Origin: Candidatus Hermodarchaeota archaeon
GTDB taxonomy: Archaea; Asgardarchaeota; Lokiarchaeia; Sigyniarchaeales; SOKP01
DNA length: 64,000 bases
Assembly: GCA_048885925.1 (NCBI GenBank)
Contig: JBHLLG010000001.1
Span: 3,105-67,104, forward strand
Direction: 5' to 3'
Part shown: in pieces, positions 48,300-58,868 of the stretch
How the letters are laid out: each line of letters begins with the position of its first letter
How positions within the stretch are numbered: position 1 is the first letter of the stretch
Made by a program: the position numbers and the translations under genes
Notes under the pieces: generated by a model
The model's database searches: none
The model's input: only the letters and a program-made list of their open reading frames with translations
What the model was told of the DNA's origin: nothing

Positions 48300-48677
48300 T
48301 TGTATTCAATGTCATTAGGAAATAAAAGTCTAATAGAATTAACGAGAAATGTTTTTTCCGAAAAATATGATTTTATTAATGGTCCAATACAATATAAAGG
48401 AAAATCAGGCAAGTTCTGGACTTTTGATGCAATTGTGAAAAATAAAAGTAATGCATTTGGGATCTTTATTCGTGATTGGAAAAGAGAAATTTCAATCACA
48501 CAATTAAGGCAACTTCATAAAGCCTGCCTTGATACAAAATTAGTAGGGGGAATCATGATTTGTAATGTTATTACAGACTTTTCTCGTGAATACAGCTCAC
48601 AGTTTGGAATTCAATTACTCTCAAAAGGCCATCTTATATCAACATTACGAAGAAGGAGAGTTCAAGACGATTTTTAA
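48300..48677 (+). CDS. Mrr-like restriction-endonuclease-fold protein
   Basis: GKSG..WTFD, GGIMIC and ..SSQFGIQLL patterns; start may be the ATG at 48309. Confidence 0.7.
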   Translation: MYSMSLGNKSLIELTRNVFSEKYDFINGPIQYKGKSGKFWTFDAIVKNKSNAFGIFIRDWKREISITQLRQLHKACLDTKLVGGIMICNVITDFSREYSSQFGIQLLSKGHLISTLRRRRVQDDF

Positions 48678-48892
48678 AGTCACTCTTTCTAATTTACTTT
48701 TTTACAAAAATAAATTTGTTTTATTGTAATTTTATATATTTAAAAGTTTGACTTTATATGAATAAGGGATTTTCTATTCTTAGAATTCTTAAAATATCTT
48801 TAAATTCATAGATTTAAAACGTTAAAAATTTATAAGGGAATAAGATAGAATATTATAATAAAATACAAAGAAGAAATTCAATCGTTTCAATT

Positions 48893-49186
48893 TTGATATT
48901 TGTTTACCAATTTAAGGAAGAATTACAAGATTTTGAAGAAATCGAAGTAAAAGAAAATGTACCCTTATTTGAATTATTAAATTCAGATAAAATTCTCCTT
49001 TTTGTAAATCAACATGATCAGAAAGTTTGGATGTGGGAGGGAGCAAATACAAATCCAAGAATGAAGTTTATAGCAGCACAAGCAGCTCCACATGTAAGAG
49101 ATAAGCATGATATAACTTTTACTATTACATCTGTTGATGAAAACAATGAGACTGCTGCTTTTAAAATACTGGTAGGACTCATTTAA
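48893..49186 (+). CDS. Single-domain gelsolin-like protein
   Basis: LNSDKILLFV, VWMWEG, KFIAA and SVDENNETAAF match the gelsolin repeat consensus. Confidence 0.85.
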   Translation: MIFVYQFKEELQDFEEIEVKENVPLFELLNSDKILLFVNQHDQKVWMWEGANTNPRMKFIAAQAAPHVRDKHDITFTITSVDENNETAAFKILVGLI

Positions 49187-49446
49187 CAGTTTGTTAGAAA
49201 ATCGAATAATAGATTCAATGTGAATCTCAAAATTTATTAAATAACCTCTCTTAGATCATTTTTTAGTTTAAAATTTCAAAATATAATTAATTTGATTAGA
49301 ATCATCTTATTATAATATTTGAAGATTCAACATTTTTAATAAAAAGAAATATAATAAAAATAAAGAAAAAAAACATTTCAGATTCCTCGGCCTAGAACAA
49401 ACGGTTTTTGAAAAATTCTAAAGTTAATTAAAAATGCAATAAAATT

Positions 49447-51582
49447 TTGAGCGATAAGAAAGATAAAAAAGAAGAAGAATACATATTCGAATTTTATGAT
49501 AACGATTATGTCGTATCATTAGAGGATAAATCATCAATTCCAAAAGAAAAATATAAGGACATAAATTTTATCGAAGATTTAAATGAAGAACAACTTCAGA
49601 TTGTTAATAATATCAATGGTCCAATGTTAGTAATTGCAGGTGCCGGAAGTGGTAAAACAAGAACTATTGTTTATTCCGTCGCAAAGTTGTTACTTTCTGG
49701 GATAAGACCTAGTGAGATCATGTTAGTTACTTTTACAAATAAAGCAGCGAACGAAATGATTAAACGAGTAGAAACTCTTCTTGGAAAACGTCCAAAAGGA
49801 ATATGGGCAGGAACATTTCATTCTATAGCTAATCGTTTTATCCGTAGATATGCTCAAATGTTAGGTTTAAAAACTAACTATACTATAATGGATGAAACAG
49901 ATGCAAAAACATTAATGAAACTCGCAATTGAAAAAGCAAATGTAAAAGAAATTGAAGTTCGTTTTCCAAGTTCGAGAATGGCAAAAGATGTTTTATCTTA
50001 TTCCATCAATTGTAATAAGTTAATTCGAGATGTTATATTATGGAAGTATAACCAATTTGATAGTGAAATAATTATTAAAAAGTTAGAAGAAGTATTTAAG
50101 ATTTACAAAAAAAAGAAGGCTCAAGATAATTTGGTAGATTTTGATGATTTATTAATATACTGGAATCTGTTATTGGATGAACGAGCAGTTGCTCAATTAA
50201 TTGCTAAGAATATAAAATATATTCTTGTAGATGAATATCAAGATACAAACTACATACAAGATGAGATAATCTATAAAATTGTAAAACAAAATCCAGGACA
50301 TAACATTATGGCAGTAGGTGATGACGCTCAAAGTATATATGCATTCAGAGGAGCTAATTTTCAAAATATTCTGAATTTTGAATCAAAACATAAGGATTGT
50401 TCGAGGTATAAAATAACTTATAACTATAGAAGTGTTCCTGAAATTTTAGATTTGGCAAACGACTCAATAGAACATAATAAAAATCAATTTAAGAAGTCAA
50501 TGCGCACCACTCGCCCTAAAGGAATATTACCATTCCAAGTTAATTTGGGAGATGATACGGATCAAGCAAGATTTATAGCAAATCAAATTTTAAAATTAAG
50601 ATCAAATGGATTTACTTTAAATGAAATGGCGATACTAATTCGAGCAGGATCTCATTCACTTAAAATAGAGCTTGAATTAAAAGCTAGAAATATACCATAT
50701 GAAGTTCGAGCTGGAGTTGCATTTTTCGAAAGAGCTCATATAAAAGATATATTAGCTCATTTAAAGATAATTGAGAATCCACATGATGAAGTTTCATGGT
50801 TTAGAATCTTTTCAATTATTCATGGGATTGGAACTTCCTCTGGTTCAAAAATTTTTGAAGCAATTTCAAATATAGAATATCCAATTGATTCTTTAATCAA
50901 TAAAATGTTTTATGCTGAAAAATTAAAGAATTCTCGGATTTCTAACGAAGGTTTAAAAAATTTAATCTCTTATGCAAAAAAATTGATAGATTTTAATCCT
51001 GAAGATAATCCTTCAGAAGTAATCAAAAATTTAATTGATATCTTAGAAGATCATTTAAAATCTAAATTTGATAATTGGCAAGAACGTGTAGAAGATATAA
51101 TTCAATTAAGTGTATATGCTCAAAATTTCCCAACAATTAGAAGATTCTTAGAAAATTTAAGTTTAAATTTATCTTCTTTAGAGTCTAAAACCGTGCTTTC
51201 AGCTGATCAAACCGAAGAAGAAAAACCATTAATATTATCTACAATACATAGAGCAAAAGGGCTTGAATGGCGAGTTGTATTTATTCCTATGTTATATGAA
51301 GGAGCATTCCCATCAAGTAGAAGTATAGATGATCCAGATGCTTTAGAGGAGGAACGTAGAGTTTTTTATGTTGCATTAACACGAGCTAAAGATCAGCTAT
51401 ACCTTATAACTCCCTCTCTTAAAAATACATATCGGGGTCCACAAATTGTAAAACCATCCCAATTTGTCTCTGAATTAAATCCAAAAGTATATAAAAAATC
51501 TTCAGTCCAATTCAAATCTAAGAAAGAAAAAGGGAAAGTTGATAAAAAAGATTTATTCAAATCAGCAATAGATCTTTTATAG
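49447..51582 (+). CDS. uvrD: UvrD/PcrA superfamily 1 DNA helicase
   Basis: AGAGSGKT, TFTNKAA, DEYQD, VGDDAQSIY, NYRS, TIHRAKGLE and EERRVFYVALTRAK motifs. Confidence 0.95.
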   Translation: MSDKKDKKEEEYIFEFYDNDYVVSLEDKSSIPKEKYKDINFIEDLNEEQLQIVNNINGPMLVIAGAGSGKTRTIVYSVAKLLLSGIRPSEIMLVTFTNKAANEMIKRVETLLGKRPKGIWAGTFHSIANRFIRRYAQMLGLKTNYTIMDETDAKTLMKLAIEKANVKEIEVRFPSSRMAKDVLSYSINCNKLIRDVILWKYNQFDSEIIIKKLEEVFKIYKKKKAQDNLVDFDDLLIYWNLLLDERAVAQLIAKNIKYILVDEYQDTNYIQDEIIYKIVKQNPGHNIMAVGDDAQSIYAFRGANFQNILNFESKHKDCSRYKITYNYRSVPEILDLANDSIEHNKNQFKKSMRTTRPKGILPFQVNLGDDTDQARFIANQILKLRSNGFTLNEMAILIRAGSHSLKIELELKARNIPYEVRAGVAFFERAHIKDILAHLKIIENPHDEVSWFRIFSIIHGIGTSSGSKIFEAISNIEYPIDSLINKMFYAEKLKNSRISNEGLKNLISYAKKLIDFNPEDNPSEVIKNLIDILEDHLKSKFDNWQERVEDIIQLSVYAQNFPTIRRFLENLSLNLSSLESKTVLSADQTEEEKPLILSTIHRAKGLEWRVVFIPMLYEGAFPSSRSIDDPDALEEERRVFYVALTRAKDQLYLITPSLKNTYRGPQIVKPSQFVSELNPKVYKKSSVQFKSKKEKGKVDKKDLFKSAIDLL

Positions 51583-51737
51583 ACTACAAAATTAACTAAG
51601 TCTTTGAACTTTATATAATAAAACCGTTATAACATTCAAAAAACAATAAACGAATATAATTTTGTATTAATATAATTTTTTATTTATTTAGAGTGAATAA
51701 TAATATTAAATAATAAGAAGTAAGAGTAAAGATAAAA

Positions 51738-53486
51738 ATGATAATTAGAATAAATTCTCTCGAAAGTACAATAGAGATTTTTTATGAAAAATATATCCAT
51801 CTTCATGGTTTCATAAAACTAGAAGCTAAAGATGAAAAAGAAAAGAAAGAATATACAATAATTATTCAAATTTTAAATGAACAAACAATCTCCGATTATG
51901 TTTTAACACGCCAGAAGTTAAAAAATGTAAAAATTACAGATTATATTACAGCTGAATTAGAGACCGAATTACAATATGTAATTCAAGGACGTCCAATTAT
52001 TTGTACAGAATTAGATACAAAATTAAACAAAAAGACTGATCATACGATAAATGTATTTTTTATTATTGAGGATTTGATGGAAAAGGAGATATTAAAACCT
52101 CATTCTATGAAAATTTCAGAAACTCAAGATGATAGATCAGCATATTTAAAAAAAATCTTTAATCCAGAAGGAATTTTCATGGGAAAATTAGCATCAGAAG
52201 AAAGAGTTAATGTGTTTTTTCCCTATAAATATTTAATGTATCATTTTTTTATAGCCGGGGCGACAGGGATGGGAAAATCAAACTTAAATCAAGTTTTTAT
52301 AGATGGATTACTCCAACATAATGCGGAAGTAATTCTGAAGGGTAAGGGAACGAAAACTTCAATGTTAGCAATAGATATGCATGATGAATATGCACTTGGT
52401 TGTATAAAGCATGGTGTTAATGATATATGTAAAGCAACTCAGTATAATAAGAATCTATTTGGAAAATGGTTTTATCTTTACCCAAATAAAGGAATTCCTC
52501 CTGCTGAAATAAAAAGTATGGCAGAGCCCTGTATTATTAATTATCAAGAAATTAAACCAGAAGATCTTTTTGCAACAGGATCTTTTAATGATCTACAAGT
52601 AGGAGCGATTTATTCGGCTTATAGAAGTGATTCTGAAAATTATATAGAGAATTTGTTATCCGATGGCTATAGGCCACCAGGAGGTCATGATGATAAAACT
52701 ATGGCAGCAATTAGGAGAAGAATGCATTGGTTAGAATTTTCTGATATGTTTCAATCCTATGCAAGTAGTAAATTACCAAAAATTGTAAAGAAATTAGAGA
52801 AAGGTGGTTTGATCATATTTAACTCTTCAATGATATCTGATTTAGAACAATTTTTATTCAATAGTGTTTTAGCAAGAACACTATTTGATATCAGAAAATC
52901 TCTTAAATCATCAACAGACCTGCCAATGTTGGAGAAAAAATTTGAACAAACTTTACCTAAGAATTTCTTTAACAATTATAAAGCTAATGTTAAAAATATC
53001 TATGTAAAAACAGGTAATTCGATAAAAGAACCAACAGAGATGCCAATAATTATTTTCACTATTGAAGAAGCTCCAAGTATTTTACGGCCAGAGTTGATGA
53101 AGTATAACAATGTATTTAAGGATATATCACGCCAAGGCAGAAAATTTAATTTAGGTTTAGAAGTTATATCCCAACAATACTCCCCTATTGATGATACTAT
53201 TTTATCAAATATGAATACAGTGATTAACCTCCCTTTAAGATCTGATACAGAAAAAGCTATTGCTGCTAAAATATTAGGTGGTGGTATTCAATATAGTGAT
53301 CTTGAATCATTAACTGGAACGAGAGGAATTGCTTTAATCTCTGGTATTTGGCTCACTAATTTTCAGAAATTAAAAATTCCATTATATGATGATTATTTTA
53401 ACTTAGTCTCAAAAAAATTCTATGAAGAATTCGCAAAAAAGATGGCATCTCAAGGTAATAAACCCCCTCCAACAGGATTACCATAA
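51738..53486 (+). CDS. herA: HerA helicase/ATPase
   Basis: HFFIAGATGMGKS, IDMHDEY, IEEA, RQGRKF and SQQ motifs; operon context. Confidence 0.92.
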   Translation: MIIRINSLESTIEIFYEKYIHLHGFIKLEAKDEKEKKEYTIIIQILNEQTISDYVLTRQKLKNVKITDYITAELETELQYVIQGRPIICTELDTKLNKKTDHTINVFFIIEDLMEKEILKPHSMKISETQDDRSAYLKKIFNPEGIFMGKLASEERVNVFFPYKYLMYHFFIAGATGMGKSNLNQVFIDGLLQHNAEVILKGKGTKTSMLAIDMHDEYALGCIKHGVNDICKATQYNKNLFGKWFYLYPNKGIPPAEIKSMAEPCIINYQEIKPEDLFATGSFNDLQVGAIYSAYRSDSENYIENLLSDGYRPPGGHDDKTMAAIRRRMHWLEFSDMFQSYASSKLPKIVKKLEKGGLIIFNSSMISDLEQFLFNSVLARTLFDIRKSLKSSTDLPMLEKKFEQTLPKNFFNNYKANVKNIYVKTGNSIKEPTEMPIIIFTIEEAPSILRPELMKYNNVFKDISRQGRKFNLGLEVISQQYSPIDDTILSNMNTVINLPLRSDTEKAIAAKILGGGIQYSDLESLTGTRGIALISGIWLTNFQKLKIPLYDDYFNLVSKKFYEEFAKKMASQGNKPPPTGLP

Positions 53487-53512
53487 TAAATTATATAAAT
53501 GTTTGAAGGTGA

Positions 53513-54718
53513 ATGAATATTTCTTTCAATTTTGAATTAATATCTCTGGAAAAATCTTTTGAAGGAAGACCTGAAAGATCAATAGATGATGAAGTTAAAA
53601 AGTTTAAAGAATATATTCAAGAGAGAAGAGTTAAGTGGACAGAAGAAGAAAAGATTGAATTAGAAACAGATAAATTTGACAATGATGAGAGCCTTAAAAA
53701 TACAAATTCCTTATTTGCTGAAATGCCATATAAAATAATTCAAGGTGAATTAAAGGATTTTATCAATGACGATTACAAAATTGTTGGTTTTGACGAGAGT
53801 TCCAATACATTTAGTGGTACCTATGCCAAATTGGCGTCTTTCAAGTTTGGAGAGTGTCAAATCATGCTTAAAAATGGTAAATATGATAAACAGAAAATTA
53901 TGTATAAACCTATAACTGCTTATATCGAAGACAATGAACATAAGCTCATCATCTATAAAACCGTAATTGAAAATTTTATAAAAGCTATAAAGGAAGAGTT
54001 TTATAGAGATAATTTAAAGGATAAGGTAGATAAGCTTATTAATTGGTATGAATCTACCTACAAACAAAAAATAGAAGATCACGTCAATGCTCATGATTTC
54101 TATTATCCCACCTTAGGACATGTTATAGATAGAATAAGAACTGCTGATGAAATTTTAAAAAGCCTTATTAGAATTAAGGATGAAAGTGATTGGGGAAAAA
54201 ACAAAAATGTTGTATTCCTTGGGGATGGAATACAAATGTTCCGCCAACATATTTTTCCTCCTGGGGCTTTCACTGAATTTTTTTATAGATTTATTGAAAC
54301 TTATGATATAAAATATTATAGTTTTTCAAAAACATGTCGTTTACGTGATGCTCAAGGGAATTTTATATTACCTATATGGGCAGAAATCTTGGATAAGCAA
54401 AATTTTTTAGTTGAATTACCTGATCTATCAATCTATACTAAAAGTAAAGCTTATATCACAAAATTACAGGAAGAAAGTTCTGCTCTTAGATTTGATATTT
54501 GTGATTATTTAGATACTAAAGATGCAATTTATGCTCTTAAAAACTTAATTCCTTATTCTCCACGAGGATACCCCTTGAGTTTAAGTGGTGCGCATGAAGC
54601 TAGCACATTATTAGTATCAGAATATAACAAATTAGAGACTGCTTTTTTAGAACTTCAATTTAATAAAAAAACCGAGAAATATGCTCAAGAATGGAGGAAA
54701 AAAGTTTTAGGAGGATAA
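53513..54718 (+). CDS. nurA: NurA nuclease
   Basis: GFDES, LGDG, SFSK and GYPLSL..AH motifs; lies between herA and mre11. Confidence 0.85.
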   Translation: MNISFNFELISLEKSFEGRPERSIDDEVKKFKEYIQERRVKWTEEEKIELETDKFDNDESLKNTNSLFAEMPYKIIQGELKDFINDDYKIVGFDESSNTFSGTYAKLASFKFGECQIMLKNGKYDKQKIMYKPITAYIEDNEHKLIIYKTVIENFIKAIKEEFYRDNLKDKVDKLINWYESTYKQKIEDHVNAHDFYYPTLGHVIDRIRTADEILKSLIRIKDESDWGKNKNVVFLGDGIQMFRQHIFPPGAFTEFFYRFIETYDIKYYSFSKTCRLRDAQGNFILPIWAEILDKQNFLVELPDLSIYTKSKAYITKLQEESSALRFDICDYLDTKDAIYALKNLIPYSPRGYPLSLSGAHEASTLLVSEYNKLETAFLELQFNKKTEKYAQEWRKKVLGG

Positions 54719-54761
54719 ATAATATTCATTATTAGAAAAGATAAAAATAAAGGTATTTAAA

Positions 54762-56072
54762 ATGGTTAAGATAATTCATACGGCTGATACGCATCTTGGT
54801 TATAGAGCAAGAAGAGGGACTATTAATAAATGGGCAATTGAAAATTATTCAAAACCATTTGAACAAGATATTTATGATGCATTTTTACAAATAATTGATG
54901 AAATTTCTCACAGGAATGATATTGATTTTTTAGTTCATTGTGGGGATTTATTTCATCATCCATCCAATTTGAGTTCTTATCCTCCTCTTGAACCTGCGAG
55001 GAGAGTTTTAAAACAAGGTTTAGATATGTTCTTTAATGTTACAAATAATCAAGTTCCATTTATATATATAGAAGGAAATCATGGTATATTTAGGGGATAT
55101 GAATATACTCCTATTGAATCTCATATAAATAAAGAACAATATCCTAATTTATTTTACTTCAAAGAGAGAGATTTATTAGAAGCAATTAAGTTAAATAAAT
55201 CTTTATCCTTAGAATTTCCGGATAAGAAAGTTAAATTTTATTTATTTCCTTATTTTGAGTTCAAAACATTCGAAACTTATAAATCAGCTTATGATAATTG
55301 GATAAAGAATCAACAACCTAATATTAATGATGGATATATCAATATTGCTGTAGCTCATGGTTCTATAGGTGATGAAACTTTACATAATAAGGTTAATTCC
55401 GATGATTTTGGATATGATTATGTTGCTTTAGGTCATGAGCATGGATTAAAGCAATTATCAAGAAATCATTTCTATTCCGGAAGTTTATTACCTATGAACT
55501 TTAAAGAAAGATATGAAAATCAAAGCTATTTGATTGTTGAAATTGATGGAAATACTAAAAAATTGACTATTGAGAAGCGATTCACAGATAACTTATTAGA
55601 AAGACCTTTTGAGATTATACAAATTGATACTAATCCAAAACAATCCACAAAAGACTTGGAAAACCAAATTTATAGGGAATTAGATAAATTCATAACAAAA
55701 GAAGGTTTTAATTCGAAAACATCTGCGAGGCTAAAATTAAGTTTTGTAGGCGAAATAACATATGAGAAAAATTGGCAGATAAATGAGCTAATATCTAAAA
55801 TAAGAAGGGATTGTTTTTCTCAACCTGAAAAATATAACATATTACAATTAATCTGGAAAATATCTGATATATCTGAAAATTTTGAGCATGATATAAGTGC
55901 AGGAATGATCCAAGATTATATCTTGGAAAAACCTGATGATGAATTTAAGGAATTTGTGCAAGAAAAATTAAGAGAAGATAAAACTCAATACAATTTAGAT
56001 AAATTAAGCGAATTTGGTATGAAAGCAATTAAAAAAGCACTAAAAATAATGGAGAAGGAGAAAGAGGTTTGA
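54762..56072 (+). CDS. mre11: Mre11 nuclease
   Basis: ADTHLG, GDLFH, GNH, AHG, ALGHEH and YSGS motifs. Confidence 0.93.
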   Translation: MVKIIHTADTHLGYRARRGTINKWAIENYSKPFEQDIYDAFLQIIDEISHRNDIDFLVHCGDLFHHPSNLSSYPPLEPARRVLKQGLDMFFNVTNNQVPFIYIEGNHGIFRGYEYTPIESHINKEQYPNLFYFKERDLLEAIKLNKSLSLEFPDKKVKFYLFPYFEFKTFETYKSAYDNWIKNQQPNINDGYINIAVAHGSIGDETLHNKVNSDDFGYDYVALGHEHGLKQLSRNHFYSGSLLPMNFKERYENQSYLIVEIDGNTKKLTIEKRFTDNLLERPFEIIQIDTNPKQSTKDLENQIYRELDKFITKEGFNSKTSARLKLSFVGEITYEKNWQINELISKIRRDCFSQPEKYNILQLIWKISDISENFEHDISAGMIQDYILEKPDDEFKEFVQEKLREDKTQYNLDKLSEFGMKAIKKALKIMEKEKEV

Positions 56073-56079
56073 AAAAATC

Positions 56080-58176
56080 ATGCTAATCACCAAAATAACT
56101 TTTAAGAATTTTATGGGGTATAAACAATTGAATTTACCAAGAGGAAATGATGAGTTACCTGAAGGTCTAATATTAATAAGTGGTAAAAATTCACATGGAA
56201 AATCAACAATTTTAGAAGGATTATTATTCACATTTTTTGGTCCCAAAGTTTTCAAAGGGCGAAATGCTGCTTCGTTTATAACCTATGGTGCTCAAGATAA
56301 AGCGGAAATTTTTATTTATTTTACTCTAGATAAAGAGAAGTACTATATTTATCGAAAATGGGGAAGAACTGGAAGTGTCTCTACTAAATTATTCCAACTT
56401 AATAAAAATAAGAATATTTATCAAGAAGTTAAACAATTTGATGTAGAAGATTTTTTTGAAATTTCAGCTGAGCAAGCGTTAAGTACTGTATTTGTAAGGC
56501 AAGGTGAAGTAGAAGAGTTAGCTAATAAAAAAGGAGCTGAATTAAGAGATATGATTATTGATTTGTTTAGATTGAATATAATTGATGATGCCCTTTCTTA
56601 TTTAGATAATGACTCAAAAGCAAAAAGACATGAAAAAGAGAAATTCGAAAAGTTAAGAGTACCAATCGAGAGAATCGATGAAGATATTGACCGTATTAGA
56701 AAGGAAAATGTTCAATTAGAAAAGGCATTAACAGAAAAAAAAAATAAAAAACAGGATTTTGAACAAAGAATTAGAAATTTCCCCTCTAATGAGTTAATTT
56801 TAGAATTGGAAAATTTATATAATCAAAATGACATTATAAAGAATAAATTTTTATCATATAAAAAAGACTTTAAAACCAAATTTAAGAATACTGATCTACA
56901 GATAGAAGATTTTGATTCCCAAGATACAATTAAGAATAAAATAAAAAAACTTAATAAGGTTCAAAAAAATGTAGAAGAGAAATTAAATGAATTAGATAAG
57001 AAAAGGCAAGCCACGTTTAAAGGCTTAGGAAAAACTAAGGGGAGAGTTGAAGAGATTAAAAAAACCATAAATAAAATGGAAAGAAGTTTAAAATTTACTA
57101 AGAGAGTAGAAGGAAGGGAAATTGCTCAATGTCCTACTTGCCAGAATGAATTAACAAAGGAGCATTATGATGAAATGATCAACAATTACAATAAAGATAT
57201 TAAGATAAATCAAGAGAAAATTAATTCTATCTCCAAAATAATATCTGATTTTGATATTGAAATTAGCTCAATTCAAAAAGAATTAGACAATATAAAAAAA
57301 AACATCACAATTCACCAAGGATTGAAGGAGGATTTTGAAAATTATAAGAAATATGAGTCAGAATTAAAGAAAATAGAAAATGAATTAAACAATTTCCTTT
57401 CAAAAAATAGAACTAAGTTTTTAGATTCAAGTTTAGAAGGCGTTAAAAAATTGTCAATTGAAAAAGAAAAATTATCAACAGAATTAAGATCGATAAATGA
57501 TGAATTAAATGAAAAACAAGAGAAAATGAAGAAAAATCAAGGTAGGACGGAACAATTACAACATGAAATTCAGAAAATGAAAGAGTTAGCAAAAAAGATA
57601 GCGGAACATGAAGTAGATATTGATCATATTAATAAAGCAAAGGAATTTGTACGTAGATTTGTAACTGAATACATGGTAGTAAAACGCCTAGTCAAAAATA
57701 TTGCTTTAACCACCAATAAATATATTAAAGATTTTACTACAGGACAATACAGCGATCTATTACTTGATTTAAGTGGAACTAGAAAAACAGGTTTATCTCT
57801 AAAAATTAGAGATAATTTTAATGGTGAGTATGAATCCACGGAAGTTTTATCGGGAGGTGATTGCACTGCTTTAGGGATCGCTTTACGTCTAGCCATATCA
57901 GAATTAATGAGTTCAATTCGACCTACAAAAGAATCACCGAAAAGAAACCCTAAAATTGACTTTCTCCTATTAGATGAGCCCCTAGCTGCATTAGATGAAA
58001 CTCGAAGAGAAAGAATACTTAAACACCTAATAAAATCAAGGTCATTTTCTCAAATATTCCTTATAACTCATACTGCCATTCCCCAAGATATTCCTGCTAA
58101 TAAAATAGTTGTTGAAAAGGATTTAAGTACAGGAATTAGCCATGCAAGATTTGAAAAACCTACACTAAAAATCTAA
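56080..58176 (+). CDS. rad50: Rad50 SMC-like ATPase
   Basis: NF, GKNSHGKST, RQGE, CPTC hook, LSGG, LLDEP...LD and ITH motifs. Confidence 0.93.
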   Translation: MLITKITFKNFMGYKQLNLPRGNDELPEGLILISGKNSHGKSTILEGLLFTFFGPKVFKGRNAASFITYGAQDKAEIFIYFTLDKEKYYIYRKWGRTGSVSTKLFQLNKNKNIYQEVKQFDVEDFFEISAEQALSTVFVRQGEVEELANKKGAELRDMIIDLFRLNIIDDALSYLDNDSKAKRHEKEKFEKLRVPIERIDEDIDRIRKENVQLEKALTEKKNKKQDFEQRIRNFPSNELILELENLYNQNDIIKNKFLSYKKDFKTKFKNTDLQIEDFDSQDTIKNKIKKLNKVQKNVEEKLNELDKKRQATFKGLGKTKGRVEEIKKTINKMERSLKFTKRVEGREIAQCPTCQNELTKEHYDEMINNYNKDIKINQEKINSISKIISDFDIEISSIQKELDNIKKNITIHQGLKEDFENYKKYESELKKIENELNNFLSKNRTKFLDSSLEGVKKLSIEKEKLSTELRSINDELNEKQEKMKKNQGRTEQLQHEIQKMKELAKKIAEHEVDIDHINKAKEFVRRFVTEYMVVKRLVKNIALTTNKYIKDFTTGQYSDLLLDLSGTRKTGLSLKIRDNFNGEYESTEVLSGGDCTALGIALRLAISELMSSIRPTKESPKRNPKIDFLLLDEPLAALDETRRERILKHLIKSRSFSQIFLITHTAIPQDIPANKIVVEKDLSTGISHARFEKPTLKI

Positions 58177-58237
58177 GCATAAAAGATTCTCAACAAGAAA
58201 TATAAAATAAAAAAAAATGATTTTTAAGCAAGAAAAT

Positions 58238-58447
58238 TTACAAATCTCTTGCTTTTACGGTCTTTCGGTTGTTTGCTTGCGCTCGTTTTACAGCGTTATC
58301 AAGCATTTCCATAATAATTTTATTTAAATCGTCCCCATCAAGGACTCCGCTACTTGTATTACAACCTTTCCCTTTAATATATTCCCTTACCTTTGACTTT
58401 ACAAACAAGGGTTCTGTTTTACCAGATGAAGCCGCTTTTTTTGCCAT
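58238..58447 (-). CDS. Histone-fold protein (alpha3-truncated type) with short Lys-containing N-tail
   Basis: LFVKSKVREYIK and AVKRAQANNRKTVKARDL; ends right after RKTV..RDL; GAGG RBS. Confidence 0.9.
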   Translation of the reverse strand: MAKKAASSGKTEPLFVKSKVREYIKGKGCNTSSGVLDGDDLNKIIMEMLDNAVKRAQANNRKTVKARDL

Positions 58448-58868
58448 TTGAATCTTCCTCTTTTACAATTTTTTTAATAATTTTATTTAAAATCGGATTT
58501 AAAATTATTTTTAATTATTTTTTTGTTAATTATTATTTTTCTAACTGTATTATTAAATGTTTCTGATTTTAACGAAAATTCTTGGATTCCTCTTTATCCT
58601 ACGATAAAATTGAATAAAATTCACATTTTGATATTGTAAAAATGTTTATTAACAAGCAAATACCTCCTAAATTAATAACTCATTAATATATATCTTTCTG
58701 TTCTTCCTTCAAAAATGCAAATTTCTTCGATAAGTTTTGTATATCTAATTTTTTATCTAAATTTATCAGAAATCCAAAACCATCTATCTCAATTTGAAGG
58801 ATATAAAATAATAAAAAAAAGAAAGGTTGTGTTATTTTAGTTCAGTGCAGAAGAGTTAATTTCAAAGT

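Noticed and set aside
20666-53486. Sir2-HerA antiphage system
   Set aside because: The Sir2 is a canonical Zn-binding CobB-type deacylase 30 kb away, and HerA sits in the housekeeping nurA-mre11-rad50 operon
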